Assembly (NCBI RefSeq): GCF_008831285.2
Contig: NC_045138.2
Location: 23,374,001 to 23,438,000, forward strand
Direction of reading: 5' to 3'
DNA: 64,000 nucleotides
DNA from: Nymphaea colorata
Lineage: Eukaryota
The notes under the pieces were generated by a model, which ran no database searches, was not told where the DNA came from, and saw only the letters and a list, made by a program, of their open reading frames with translations. This document shows positions 54,358 to 64,000 of the stretch, in pieces. The translations under genes and the position numbers were made by a program. Position 1 is the stretch's first letter. Each line of letters opens with the position of its first letter.

Positions 54358-54764
54358 GCCAAAAATTAACATTAACAATTAATAAATATGATTCAATCAA
54401 TGGTTCAACCACAAAAAATGGTTGGTTTTGACGCCTCCACTTGAGTTGTCACTCAAGTGCAAGAACTGTTATGATGAGTCCATGTGACCTAGACTAAAAT
54501 GACCAAGCACTTTGTGAAGCATGACTTGCAGAAGGTGGCAAAATGTAATGCTAAAAGGCTATTATTAAGCTGGTATTTATTAACTGGTCATATGAAGCTA
54601 AAATTATAGCAACCACTGTGCTGATAAGCTTTTTAGTTTCATAGTGCTACCATGTTTATCTTCTCTCACAATGTTTCATGACCAAGGCTTTTACTGGATA
54701 GCGCCATTTTTTGCAGGAATCTTCATTGATAATGGTTTCTCAGAAACTGGGGTCATGTGACTGA
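18519..54764 (+). CDS. WD40-repeat (transducin-like) protein, 18 coding exons, 467 aa; candidate DDB1-binding WD40 (DWD/DCAF) protein
   Basis: Manual splicing: 18519-18574, 18708-18804, 20778-20831, 20943-20998, 22033-22066, 23305-23392, 24830-24921, 30327-30401, 31405-31490, 39871-40003, 47880-47969, 49263-49328, 50253-50344, 52012-52077, 52166-52226, 53264-53352, 53444-53564, 54717-54764. Total 1404 nt, open frame, all GT-AG. WD-type motifs GISGLEFDSKGIYVAS, VLYAWDRR, ICLWDLRGG, QLAFHLDDGWSGVL, THIHCPPPAWL, VTACAAHP. From memory it resembles Arabidopsis AT5G12920 (not verified). Confidence 0.92.
18708..18804 (+). CDS. WD40 gene exon 2 (LRWKRSMVEISGWCPRKYRHELSALLHQSYSE)
   Basis: TTCCAG acceptor, GAG|GTGATT donor. 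Confidence 0.88.
20778..20831 (+). CDS. WD40 gene exon 3 (IGAFSHSYTIGGQVCLTQ)
   Basis: AAG acceptor, CAG|GTACTA donor, phase 0. Confidence 0.85.
20943..20998 (+). CDS. WD40 gene exon 4 (LDFTSRNVAVDVEPTSMQ)
   Basis: TGCAG acceptor, AG|GTAAGT donor. Confidence 0.82.
21309..21514. mobile_element. Small foldback MITE
   Basis: Long imperfect inverted arms (TTGCCGGATGGTTAAA / TTTAGCCATCTGGCAA); right end duplicated at ~21606-21650. Confidence 0.55.
22033..22066 (+). CDS. WD40 gene exon 5 (TGISGLEFDSK)
   Basis: TTGCAG acceptor, AAG|GTGAGT donor. Confidence 0.88.
23305..23392 (+). CDS. WD40 gene exon 6 (GIYVASITKAGCLSVHDFESLYCQTKVLP)
   Basis: TTTTAG acceptor, GTAAGC donor. Confidence 0.9.
23813..24190 (-). 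mobile_element. Possible degenerate LTR with adjacent PPT
   Basis: TGTTG...TTAACA ends followed by CCCTCTCGAAGTT (PPT-like on -); no partner LTR. Confidence 0.35.
24830..24921 (+). CDS. WD40 gene exon 7 (SLDDGSKELLHLSVSQQLDGVKWNQANEDE)
   Basis: TAACAG acceptor, GAG|GTTATT donor. Confidence 0.9.
25072..25489. mobile_element. MITE family A (CATAGTCACA...TGTGACTATG)
   Basis: 10-bp perfect TIRs; homologous copies at ~4028-4487, 38355-38743 and inverted at 58364-58742. Confidence 0.82.
25812..26928. mobile_element. Non-autonomous hAT element
   Basis: Perfect 8-bp TSD GCATAGAA; imperfect TIRs CAGTGCTTAAAAAC / GTTTTAAAACCTTG; GACTCG/CGAGTC subterminal repeats. Confidence 0.88.
27802..28060 (-). 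mobile_element. Isolated copia 5' LTR (27814-28060) with PBS; body lost
   Basis: TGTTG...CAACA ends; TGGTATCAAAGC immediately inside; shares CGTGGTTTTT...GGTTTCCACGT motif with the 40804 LTR. Confidence 0.78.
28154..29235. mobile_element. Non-autonomous hAT element (CTATGTCAC-type TIR)
   Basis: TIRs CTATGTCATACAG / CTATGTGACATAG; 8-bp TSD TAAACGAC/TAAACAAC; GGGTGC subterminal repeats. Confidence 0.82.
29462..29838. mobile_element. MITE with CTAAGTCACATGG(G/A)TAC TIRs
   Basis: 17-bp TIRs with one mismatch and GTACCC subterminal repeats; partial inverted copy at 27680-27737; related copy ~50650-50993. Confidence 0.8.
30327..30401 (+). CDS. WD40 gene exon 8 (VACSSRSSDHILLFDISYISSEPSD)
   Basis: TTACAG acceptor, GTAAGT donor. 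Confidence 0.9.
31405..31490 (+). CDS. WD40 gene exon 9 (VLKKKPTSQGHKKPKGLSDIVFIPSSKS)
   Basis: TTCAG acceptor, AG|GTTAGC donor. Confidence 0.88.
31797..31949. repeat. Palindrome: 37-bp perfect inverted arms around (TA)n
   Basis: 31797-31833 is the exact reverse complement of 31913-31949. Confidence 0.95.
32351..37783 (-). mobile_element. Old, decayed LTR retrotransposon, probably Ty3/gypsy (chromovirus-type ends), in WD40 intron 9
   Basis: Diverged LTRs 32351-32580 and 37541-37783; perfect TSD CCTTT; PBS-like TGGTATGAGAGCC (37526-37538); PPT AGAGGGGGAGTAT (32581-32593) preceded by TTGAGGACAAGGTGTT; remnant RESRKLARLLGT resembles integrase C-terminal KL..R..GP; no recognisable RT. Confidence 0.8.
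33499..35357 (-). mobile_element. Nested, internally deleted copia element
   Basis: Perfect TSD TTACT; complete 5' LTR 34880-35357, truncated 3' LTR 33499-33919; PBS-like CGGTATCAAA at 34870-34879; copia gag N-terminus PKLTSSNYIQWTRAIEHFIRSKGLWGLVDGS (34343-34603). Confidence 0.87.
38355..38743. mobile_element. MITE family A copy
   Basis: CATAGTCTC...GTGGCAATG ends; GAGAAAAACCTCGC.GTTT shared with the 25072 copy; inserted in a TA run. Confidence 0.75.
38880..39650 (+). mobile_element. Highly degenerate copia LTR/PBS/gag remnant
   Basis: TACA-TAGTATCGGAGC (~39145-39160) resembles LTR end plus iMet PBS; boundaries uncertain. Confidence 0.4.
39871..40003 (+). CDS. WD40 gene exon 10 (VVACGLDGVLYAWDRR...KDEQ)
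   Basis: TTGTTAG acceptor, CAG|GTCAGT donor; WD repeat. Confidence 0.92.
40804..45924 (+). mobile_element. Young full-length Ty1/copia LTR retrotransposon (Ale-like) in WD40 intron 10
   Basis: 277-bp LTRs 40804-41080 and 45648-45924 with one mismatch; perfect TSD ATTTC; PBS TGGTATCAGAGCC 41081-41093; PPT GAAGGGGAG; gag (RLNKDNYLSWS, CSHCNKLGHSVDFC), PR (WIVDSGATHHMT), INT, RT (YVDD), RNaseH; pol ends inside the 3' LTR (LEGEC*). Confidence 0.97.
41447..45653 (+). pseudogene. copia gag-pol with lesions
   Basis: In-frame TGA at 41933-41935, deletion/frameshift near 42775, frameshift near 43840; RT-RNaseH part (43872-45653) is open. Confidence 0.9.
47880..47969 (+). CDS. WD40 gene exon 11 (VIFAASENGCICLWDLRGGKTSAAFLSNKE)
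   Basis: TTTCAG acceptor, GAG|GTTAGA donor; WD repeat. Confidence 0.92.
49263..49328 (+). CDS. WD40 gene exon 12 (VYHPPLSIVKLASALEKICPLK)
   Basis: AACAG acceptor, AAG|GTACAA donor. Confidence 0.87.
50253..50344 (+). CDS. WD40 gene exon 13 (EQSEIFSWGIQSISLDPSCSYQLAFHLDDG)
   Basis: TGCAG acceptor, TG|GTATCT donor. Confidence 0.9.
52012..52077 (+). CDS. WD40 gene exon 14 (SGVLNLNTLEVTHIHCPPPAW)
   Basis: CCATAG acceptor, GTAAGT donor. Confidence 0.9.
52166..52226 (+). CDS. WD40 gene exon 15 (DGTASNYFSRRKPSYLPALS)
   Basis: AGCAG acceptor, TCG|GTGTGG donor; restores phase between exons 14 and 16. Confidence 0.82.
52595..52778. mobile_element. Small MITE
   Basis: ~30-bp imperfect TIRs AGAGTCACCCGGCCATCTGAT / ATTAGATGGCTGAGTGACTCT. 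Confidence 0.65.
53264..53352 (+). CDS. WD40 gene exon 16 (IYAVPSSCENGIHLLDFYPDASAASHVDF)
   Basis: GTGCAG acceptor, GTGAGT donor. Confidence 0.9.
53444..53564 (+). CDS. WD40 gene exon 17 (DNTESG...VTACAAHPLNATILAGTM)
   Basis: Polypyrimidine tract plus AAG acceptor, ATG|GTACAT donor. Confidence 0.88.
54717..54764 (+). CDS. WD40 gene exon 18 (ESSLIMVSQKLGSCD*)
   Basis: TTTTGCAG acceptor, TGA stop at 54762-54764. Confidence 0.85.
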   Translation, partial: ESSLIMVSQKLGSCD

Positions 54765-57700
54765 ATGTTGTGCACAGGCGTATGAAGGATAACAAACTTC
54801 AGGTAAACTAGTTTCCATTTGCCATGGTCCTGGAGTCATAATATGAGTCTACTTAGCAAGGCTTACTGATACATTTCAGGAAAACCCCTATATGGTCAAT
54901 GGGCCAAGGTCTCAATGCTCAAACTCTCAACTGATTCGAAGCACTATATTGCTGGTCATCCTTTAAAGATTTGCCTTTATAGATTGAGGCCATGAAGTGC
55001 TCAAATCTATGAAAAGAGAGGAAAGGTTCCTACTTTTTCTGGTGGAATTGCCTTGTACTGCTAGGTCACCTCTGCATATCCGGGTCAGATGAACTATGCC
55101 ATTTTGTGAGCTGTGCCTTTCGTTGCAATCCTGCATGAAGCTCTTTGCCTGGACCAGCTCAAGTGAAAAAGATGCATTTTGTTTGGATTTAGTCTGTGGG
55201 TTCATTTCTTTGTGTGGGAGCAGAAAAATACCATGGTAAATGGTAATTGATTGAGACTATGCCTAGAGCCCTAGACCCATATACAAGATCGTAACTAACA
55301 TTGAAGTGGTGGATAGCACGGCCCACTTACCAACAACCATGTCTGCTAAGCTGATGCTGATGATACTTTAATAACGTCTAATTGGAGTTTTGGCTGCTCA
55401 GCTAATTTTGTTCACTAGCATGGTCCACTCTTCAACTGCATATGCTGTCCACATGGACTTGTTTGATGTATAAATAAACTATAAAATGCTTAGCATCTTT
55501 TGACTGAACTACATGGGTTTGTTAACTTTATTTAGATCTGCTAAAGGTTTTGCCTGAATTCCAAGTTCTCACTTCTATGACAAGGCTAGAACCTCATATC
55601 AATCTGAAAAAGGTTAGGCTTGAACTCTTAAAGAAAACTTAACCCTGGATTAAACCCATATTTGCTCGCACTTTGAGAGATTAAAGTAAGATGCCCGCTA
55701 AAGGCATTAATAAAAAATGATTGAAATTACTGGAGATTGCTTGAGGCAATGATTGCCTCAAGTGCCAATTCATGACCAAGTTTGGCATATCGTTTTGTCC
55801 AGTTTCTAATTCCAGGACAAGAATGATTTGCCATGTTAGATATACTTGTGATATGCTTGCTTTTCTCCAAGGGTGTGACTGAATTGGGCGGCCTGCTTAT
55901 GTTGCAGGTTGGGACTTCCTAACATTTTCAGTTGGGATGGCTTGCCACCAACCCTGATCCACCTATCTGATATGCTGTGACTTGTGTTGCAGTATGAGTA
56001 GAGCAGTAAGTGCAACCACAGAATCATCTAATGCTTGTGCACCTCTCCTTTCTTCCCTGCCTGCCTTTCTGCCTCCCTCCCTCTCTAACACATTGGGCCA
56101 TGACTCTCAAGGAAGCAGTTGTAGTTCAGCTCTCAAGCGGATCACCCTCCAAGGTATTTTTGACCGCCAGGAAAGCAGATATAGTTTAATTCTCATGTTA
56201 GCCACCCACCAAGGTGCTTCCTCTTGTTAGAAGCCATGTCGTCTATCAAGTCGGGATCTGCAAAAATGAACTGCAGCTTATATATTTAATTGTCATCAAC
56301 AGTTTGTCTTTTGCACATATAGATAATGAATTTTTTCCGTGGGATTGATGAACAAACAAGAGAATCTTTGATAGCAGCTACTACTGAAAATTGAAAACAA
56401 ACGATCGAGCCAAAAACTCTCGGTTGTCATTAAAATTTGTTTTCAATATGACAATGATTGGGGGTACCTTTGCTCAGATGCTGGGTAGGGGCTTAATCGG
56501 TATTCTGTATACAGTGGCAAGGTGGCTTATTGCAAGCATGCCTTAAATATGGAAAGACTAAGACAATCGACAATTGCTCCTTAGCTTAATGAAATGGAGT
56601 TTGAGCCCTAAAAATTAAAGTAAGGTTACGCCTCGTCGATCTTCAATGTTCAAGTGAAATTTTAGATTCTTGCATCTTCTTTAAAAAGTTATCGTGTTGG
56701 AGTTTCTATGTCGTTTGCAGATTAGAGAATAGGTGAAGCTTTCCCTTTGAGTTGTTGGTAGAGTGGGCTGGGTTTTGGGGCTTCCAAATTGCTATTTGGC
56801 AATTTACGTCATCCTTGACCCTTCCTTCTGTGCGGTTGTGTGCTAGGCCTTTCCCTCATGTTTTCGGTTTTCCTCACGCGTTTTCCTGTTCCCTTTTCTA
56901 GTATCTGTATGTATACTGTCATGGGCTTGTGTTTTTGGTTATTTCCAGTCTGAGTTAAAGTTAGGCGGAGCAGGTTATCTATTATGGCTAAGCATGTGTT
57001 ATAGTTTATAAATGACCAAAATGGCATAGACATTCTTCTTTTAAGGGCAAAAATGAAAATCTAATTTTTTTTATTTCGCTTTGCAATATTACAAAAATAT
57101 TTTTCGGGTTAGGCCGTAGGAACATGGTTTCCCATGTTGGCAGCATAACACATAGATTGGCTTGATCGAATGTTAGAGTGCTGCTCCAAGATTCGGCCAA
57201 CTTAAATTTTTTCCAAGCAAAGTACAAGCTTGTCTTTTTAAGATTAGGAAAAAAAATGTTTGCTTGCACTTGGAAAAAAAAAGAAGTTTGCCTGCCTTCC
57301 TCTCATGCACGGTTGATGCACTCATTTGCTTTGTCTCTGTGCTACCATTTTAGCTTGATTTGGTGTTTGGTTGCGCTTAAGGCAGAAATCTGGCTGGCTC
57401 ACTCCAATTAAAATTAAAAAATACATTTTTAATATAAATAATGTATAAATATAATTAATCATATAATTATATATTATATAAATCAATAGAAATAATATTA
57501 AAAATTAGTTATTGAGCCGAATCAGGCTGAGTCGGCCCAACCTGGGCTGGCCTGACGACTTGTTGGTCCGGCCCTTTACCTAATTTTCAGACTCAAGTCG
57601 GCCGGACAGGTACCTGGTCTGATGCCCAGCCGATTTGTTCAGCTAGGCCAGACCGTTGATCAAAATCAATCTCAAACATTAAGTGAACTTGTGTCTCATC

Positions 57701-58363
57701 CTTTGGACATTAATTTTTTTCGGTGAATGAATTATGCTTAGTAATATTTTGCCACCATTAGCCTTTAAGGTTTATGTTCCCTCTTTCTTTGAACCCCATT
57801 TCGACATACTGGCATTTCAGGCCTTCTTGGCAGCCTTATTTTCAGTTTTCTGTCTCCATTAGCAGTGGTGAACTAGAGATAAACAGTCCTATGTATAATC
57901 TATCGAAGTTGGACTACTCTTCTTGTTGATTGACTGGCGTAGCGGTAAGTATTGAACTAGTATGTCTACTAATGTGCATTTTTATCAATCAATTATTTGG
58001 GCATATCGACATATTTTTTGGTATGCCAGTCAATGATGCTCTCGACATAATTCTATAAATGTTAATTTTTTCTCATAAATTCAATCATATTCCCCACTTA
58101 TAATAGCCGCTTTGTTCATCTTACATTTTTTTTTTTGGGGCGTTGGCCCTTGAAGCTCCATTGCTTTCTCTTTGTCACTTATTTGATAATCCCTCTAAAG
58201 TGTTATGGGGTCTAATCTTCCCTTGGTCTTCTCATATTTTTATGTGGGGCTTCCTCGATTTCTTTAATAGGACTATAATATTACCCTGAAAATGAAGAGT
58301 TTCCAGTCTTCTTCAAGACAGAACATACTGTCATAATGAAATGAAGACTAAAGGTCCAAAGTC

Positions 58364-58742
58364 CATAGTCACAAATATTATCATTAACACGCTTTCAACC
58401 GCAAGGTTTTCTTGGTTAGTTTTCAACGAAGTTGAAGTTTCAGGGAAATCATTGGGAAAGTTAGCCCATTTTTTACAAAAGAAAAAAAAATCCTAAACTA
58501 AAATAAATGAAAAAATAACAAAAAACATAAAACAAATCTAGATAAAATGTTAAAAATGATCTTTTCATAATGACAGAAATGAAGATGAATAACTTATCTT
58601 AAATTTTAAGCTTTAAAGAAATAATAACATGAAAATAATAGAATAAAAACGTAAAAAATTAACATGACATTGCGTTTTTTTGTTCATTTTCATCGTTTTT
58701 ATCATGCCTCCTTTTGAAAAAAGATATATTTTCGTTACTAGG
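58364..58742. mobile_element. MITE family A copy, inverted
   Basis: Starts CATAGTCACAAATA, the reverse complement of the right end of the 25072 copy. Confidence 0.65.
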
Positions 58743-59931
58743 GTCCGAATTAACATAGTTTTGCTTGGTATCTGGTTTGTAGGTTCATTCAAATAGTAAA
58801 AAAGAAAGGGATTTAATGCTTGGGGCCCAAGCATTGAAGTCGACGCTAAGGTGTCCAAATGTCGACAATACCCTAGACATTAAGATAGGTGAAGCTCCAT
58901 TTCCCTCCCGCCTCCCCCAAAAAGAAACGACAAAAATAAAGAGGTAAAAAAAAATCACCATTTAGATAATGACTAAAAAGCCCTTCATTTTTTTAGAATG
59001 ACGAAAAAGCCCTCCAGGGAGGGAGGCTCATAAGAATCGACCATCGATTTCAACGGTCAAGCCCAACATCGACGGCGTGAGACCTTCAGAGGAGATCGTA
59101 AGACCAATTCTTCTGCAAAGCTATGTTTGGACGAACAGGCCATGTAGTTATAAGCAAGTCAATTCCTTAGATGTTTAAAATGCGGTTGTTTTTTTTTATT
59201 ACTTAGGCTGATTGAACTTCTTAAATTGTCATATGTCATTAAACTTAGGTTGATTCTCACAGAAACGCTATATCGATGATGAAATTTCCATTTCAAGAGC
59301 CTAAGACAAATACTTGATTATGCATGGTGATAACTATTATAATTTCATTTTAGAACTATATGGTATTAATGGAATGAGAATATCTAAAGTTCCTCCTTGT
59401 GTCTTTTCTAAAATTTGTGTGTGCGTGTGTGTGTGAGTGTGTGTGTGAATGTGTGTGAGAGAGAGAGAGAGAGAACCTCATTTATAAGCCTCACATAATG
59501 TTAGGTGGGCATAAAGTCGAGTGCATAATTGGTTGGGTAGACATTTCAGTAACGGCTCTATGAAAATGTTCCAGATCATAATACGCTAAATATAAAATGA
59601 AGGGTTGGAGCAAATAGCAGTTCACGCGAACAATGAAACAATGATATTTAGTGACTTGCAGTTTTTTTTTTTTTTGCTTTCTCCAAATTCATACTTTCCT
59701 TTTCACATTCTTCAAATCTATCCTCCACTTTTACTTGCATAATCCCGCCCTTGATGTTGTAAACCACTGAGTTGATTAGAACATGCCCAAAAGGCAGCCT
59801 TGCCCTTAATTCGTGGGTAAGTTTAGACATAAATGCATGAAGTGTTATTTATCATATCCGAAAATAAATGATAAAAAATACGAAAGCCTATCTTGAATAA
59901 TTCTTTTTTTATTAATCGTAATAATTTGATC

Positions 59932-59995
<64 letters not shown>

Positions 59996-61199
59996 AGCTG
60001 GTCAATTATAAAGTAGCATTTGATACACCTCTCTCTCGCCCTCAATAATTTTCTTTATTAATTGTAATAGTTTGAATATTATAGACATATCTCTCTTTCT
60101 CTAATAGGTGGACCAGTCGTAAACTAAAACTATACATGGATGAATTATTTTGTACATCTCTCTCTCTCTCTCTCTCTCTCTCTCCCGTTAATAACTGTAT
60201 TTATTAATGTATTGTATAACTATGATGTATATCTATGACCTATAATTAGTGAAAGGCATGTAGAAGGAAGTTCATGTGGAACGGCTTGGATGTTGAAGCA
60301 TCAGTCATTAGTCTTTATTCCTCAGCAATTTCACTGAATAAGAACAAGTAGCTACTTGGAATCATCTTACACCATCCATTCGAAGGAAATCTGGTGATTA
60401 AGTTACAAATATAAAAAACAATTTGTTTTTTCAACATCCAAAATACCCGTAAAAAAAAAACAAGGAATTTCATTTAGGGAAAGTCATTTGCTTCTCTCAC
60501 ACACACACACACACACACATCTTTTGAATGGCATTTCGAACTCTTAAAAAAAAACAGTTTGTCTTCCATATTTGTAACTGAATATCTATTTGATCTCTTT
60601 GAATCAACGGCTTAGGTGATTCTTGTCAAGTCGTGTGTATAGGAGGGTCTGTTATTTGTTAACTGAAAAGTAATTAAGAGAAGAGTTTAAATTAATCTAG
60701 CAATGATGGGATGGTGCTATATTTGAGAAATTAGATGTGTGTGAAGTCAACCATTTCCCAAGAAAAATTATAAAGTCGTAGGAAGCCACCATTGCTGCTT
60801 TCCCGACCAGTTAAGAAGCTTCCTAGCTGTAATATTTTTGGCGTTGAAGATCAAACAAATTGAGACCCTTATGGATTAAATAAGTAAAAGCTATTTTTAA
60901 AGCTACCCGTCAGCATTTCGCCTGGAGATGCCCCTTGTTGCAATGACCACAAAAACTTGTGAAAATTTTCAAGTAAATAAGGTACACATTCTGAAATTGA
61001 TTTTTTTTATTAATTATGAATTATCCAAAAGGCTGATGCTGGTCTAGCCTTTTCCGACGAACTACTGCCAGAAACTAACACAAGAAAAAAACATTTTAAA
61101 GGGAGTTATCACAATGCACCGCCGCCGACATCATGATTAAGAAAGAATATATATATATATATATATCCGATAAAATGAAAATGCATAACAAAATTTAAG

Positions 61200-62880
61200 G
61201 ACAAAAAGTCTCTAAATACAAAAAACAAAACCGCAAAAACAAAATAAAAGAATTAAATATACAAGACAACAACAAAACAATACAGCAGAATAAAAAGGGT
61301 GAAGAGAGAGTTGATAACCATATAGCAAAATAAACATCACCCTACACAAGACACGCCATAGAATCCGGCGATGAGGATATGCTCTCAAAAATCTTGTTGT
61401 TGCGCTCCTTTTAAATGCGCTACCAAGATGATATAAGTCACAGTCTCCAAACACGACTCTAGGAAAAAAGCAAGTGAGGGGACAGACAGTAAAGAAAAAA
61501 AAGGAGAATGGAGGGCAGGTTTGAAAGACTATGAATAAAAGAAGACCATACAGTACTATAAAATAAAAAACATGAGGTAAAAAGGTGAACCTGAAACTCA
61601 GTCGCGGCGAGGCAAAATAGACACTAGTTAGCTAAACTAATCCAAAAACGTTATAGGTAGTCAAATGTATTGATGTAACCAACAAGAAGAAGCCAAACAA
61701 AAACAATGACACAAGGAGAAGAGCCAACAGACTGAAGGGACTAAGGTAAGAGCAACACAAAGGAACAATCAAAGGAAGCCAAGTAGCAAAAAGAAAAAGT
61801 GAATCCACGAAAAGGGCGAAAGAGGCCAGGATGGGAGGGGGGAGCGAGCGATGAGAAGTCAGCAAGACGAAAAAAAAAAAAGAGTGGTAGAAAGTAAGCC
61901 ATAACAAAAGTGAGGAAGAGATGTGAGAGGGAAATATGCCAATCACTAAAGGATGATAGGTCATATTTGGAACATAAGAAAAGAGTGAGGGAGGAATGCT
62001 ATGCCAATCACTAAAGGATGATAGGTCATATTTGGAACATAAGAAAAGAGTGAGGGAGGAATGCTCAGTTGTCAGACGCCACCACCAAGAACATAAAAAG
62101 GACTCACACACCCGACTAAGGTTGATAATTCCAACACCTCCAAGATGACGCAGAATGACAACTATGTCATAGCATACAAGGCAATCTGAAGGTCGATCAC
62201 CATCTCAAAGAAAGCTACGAATGATCTTATCAAACATTCTCAAGACAACCACAAGAGGTCAAAAGAATGCAAGAGCATGGAAGTGGACAGACGCAAGACA
62301 ATGCTTAACAAAAGTAATATGATTTGCAAAGGAAAACAGCTTTCTCTGCCAACATTAGAGGCGATCCACAAGTTTCTGTCCACTCTATCCTAAAAGGAGA
62401 GTGCAGAAGGTGACAACGTAATATGAAGACCTAAGTAGTCCATGAGCAGATCAACAGCTGTACACCGAAAGTAAGTTTCTGCTAGAAGTATCATGGTCGG
62501 ATCCATGTGAATGAAAGAAATGTGACATTTAAAAGAATTAATAAAAATACTTGAAATAAGCTCAAAAACTTAAAGGATGACCAAATTTTCACAATATATT
62601 GACGAAAAGCCGTATCAAATATGAAAAGGTTGTTAGCACATTGAAGGGTAGAGAAGGTATATAAGTGGGGAAGTAAATATGGTGTGAGGAAGCTAATAAC
62701 TGGAGCGTGATGAAATAATATAGAAAAACACTCGACAATTAAGTTGAAAAGCAATAATGATAATAAATAATCTTGACGAAGGTGGCGACTGAGACAAAAA
62801 AAAATTGACCACACATTTCCCCGTTCTTCGTTAAAGGACACAGCAAGCTGGTCTCCAGCGAAAGAATCCACTTTCAAAAT
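61200..62880 (-). mobile_element. 5'-truncated, decayed L1-type LINE
   Basis: LRQDYLLSLLLFNLIVE (cf. GLRQGDPLSPLLF), LQCANNLFIF (cf. LQYADDTLIF), and a YLGL remnant near 62430; left boundary approximate. Confidence 0.72.
61936..62065. repeat. 65-bp perfect tandem duplication within the LINE remnant
   Basis: 61936-62000 equals 62001-62065. Confidence 0.92.
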
Positions 62881-63457
62881 GATGGACCAAACCAGAAAGA
62901 GAAAAAGAGAGGGAGAGAGAGACTATGAAAAGATGACTTTAAATACATCAAGTTCAATCATGGTTCAATACTCGTTTCGTTTCAGGTCAGTTCGGCCCAG
63001 CGTGATTTTCTAATAGCGTTTGCCTGACGTCAAATAACCTGTCCAAACCCGAGTCGATGCCCATCCTTACTTGTGGGAAGAAGCCCACGCCCATCCGGGG
63101 CACGGGTGCAAGCAGCTCGTTACGGATAAAAAGTTAAAAAACAAGGGAACCGAAGCGCAGAGGCCAAGCGTAACGTCCTTTTCTTGGCTGCAGTGGCACT
63201 CCCCACTGATGCACTCAATTCTTTCGTTCCTCACGACTTCGATTTTTTGGTCAGCTTTTCCAATTTTCTTCAACGATCGATTGAGGTTCGCGTTAAAAAT
63301 ACCCGTAAACCCATTTGTAAACGCCCTTTTCCTCCGCTCATTTTTCCGAAGCCTCTCCCGAATCCCTCCCACCCACAGCCTCATTTCTCGTTTTCCCTTG
63401 CTTTGCTTGAGGTTTATAACGCTTTCTCTGTTGGGTTGTCTTCCAGAAGTGATCCAA

Positions 63458-63521
63458 ATGGACTCCACGGTCATGGTGGCACTCTTTCTTTCCCTTGCTG
63501 GTGGACTCAGTACGTGTATAG
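63458..63521 (+). CDS. ZTP29: ZIP-family zinc transporter, ZTP29-like, first coding exon (gene continues beyond window)
   Basis: MDSTVMVALFLSLAGGLSTCIG followed by G|GTATGT donor; matches the ZTP29/ZupT N-terminal helix pattern LSL.GGLST..G. Confidence 0.82.
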
Positions 63522-64000
63522 GTATGTCTTTGACTCTTTATTGTGCTTCCTTCACTTTCGGGTCGACGTTTTCTTTTTTGTTTTCTGTCTGCCTATTCAG
63601 TGGGAATTGTGGACACTGTTGACACATTTGATAATTCACAACCACTGACTACCTGCGCCTTGTTTAGAATTCACAGATGGTTTGGTTTGTATCAATTATG
63701 GTGGGCGAGCAGCGAGTTCATAGAGAAAATTCAGTATAATCTTTTTAGCTCTGAATAAGCGCCTGTTTCTGAAAACCATAGAATAGAATCACTATCATGT
63801 ACTTTTACTGCAAGTCTGGAAACTATCAGTAATTTCGGATTGGCAATTCGCGACAAGGTTGCTGGGCGGGTGAGGATATCACAAATCGTCGAACTGGCTA
63901 CTTGGATATAACGGTGATTCTTTGGGAGCTGGAAGTACTTATTCAGTGTGCCTGTAAGATTGCCGAATTAGTTGGACAACACCTTAAGCCTGGAAATGAT

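Noticed and set aside
56037..56065. TGCACCTCTCCTTTCTTCCCTGCC loosely like miR408
   Set aside because: Several mismatches/indels and no complementary star arm
58859..58868. ATGTCGACAA resembling the zinc-deficiency element RTGTCGACAY
   Set aside because: One mismatch, ~4.6 kb from the ZIP start and separated from it by a LINE remnant
63067..63648. 135-183 aa ORFs around the ZIP gene start
   Set aside because: Only 63458-63521 is ZIP-like and it ends at a splice donor; the rest is promoter, UTR or intron read-through

Overview
Plant (angiosperm-type) nuclear DNA, AT-rich and transposon-dense; the species cannot be fixed from sequence alone. The main host gene is an 18-exon WD40-repeat gene on the + strand (18519-54764, 467 aa after manual splicing, all GT-AG introns phase-consistent). 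Its long introns are filled with TEs. The first coding exon of a ZTP29-like ZIP zinc transporter starts at 63458. Mobile elements: a truncated hAT transposase remnant (6073-8845, -); a full-length degenerate Ty1/copia (10427-16794, -); a very young but disabled Ale-like copia (40804-45924, +); a decayed gypsy-like LTR element (32351-37783, -) carrying a nested, internally deleted copia (33499-35357, -); LTR fragments; an L1 remnant; and several MITE families. The most unusual signal is in the leader of the first copia. An ATG sits 4 nt before a 417-nt GT-AG intron that splices in frame into gag, and that intron holds four regularly spaced stem-loops with different stems but an identical C-CAAA-G loop, one of which pairs with the 5' splice site. 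This is a candidate RNA switch between translation and packaging. All family assignments come from motif recognition by eye, not database searches.
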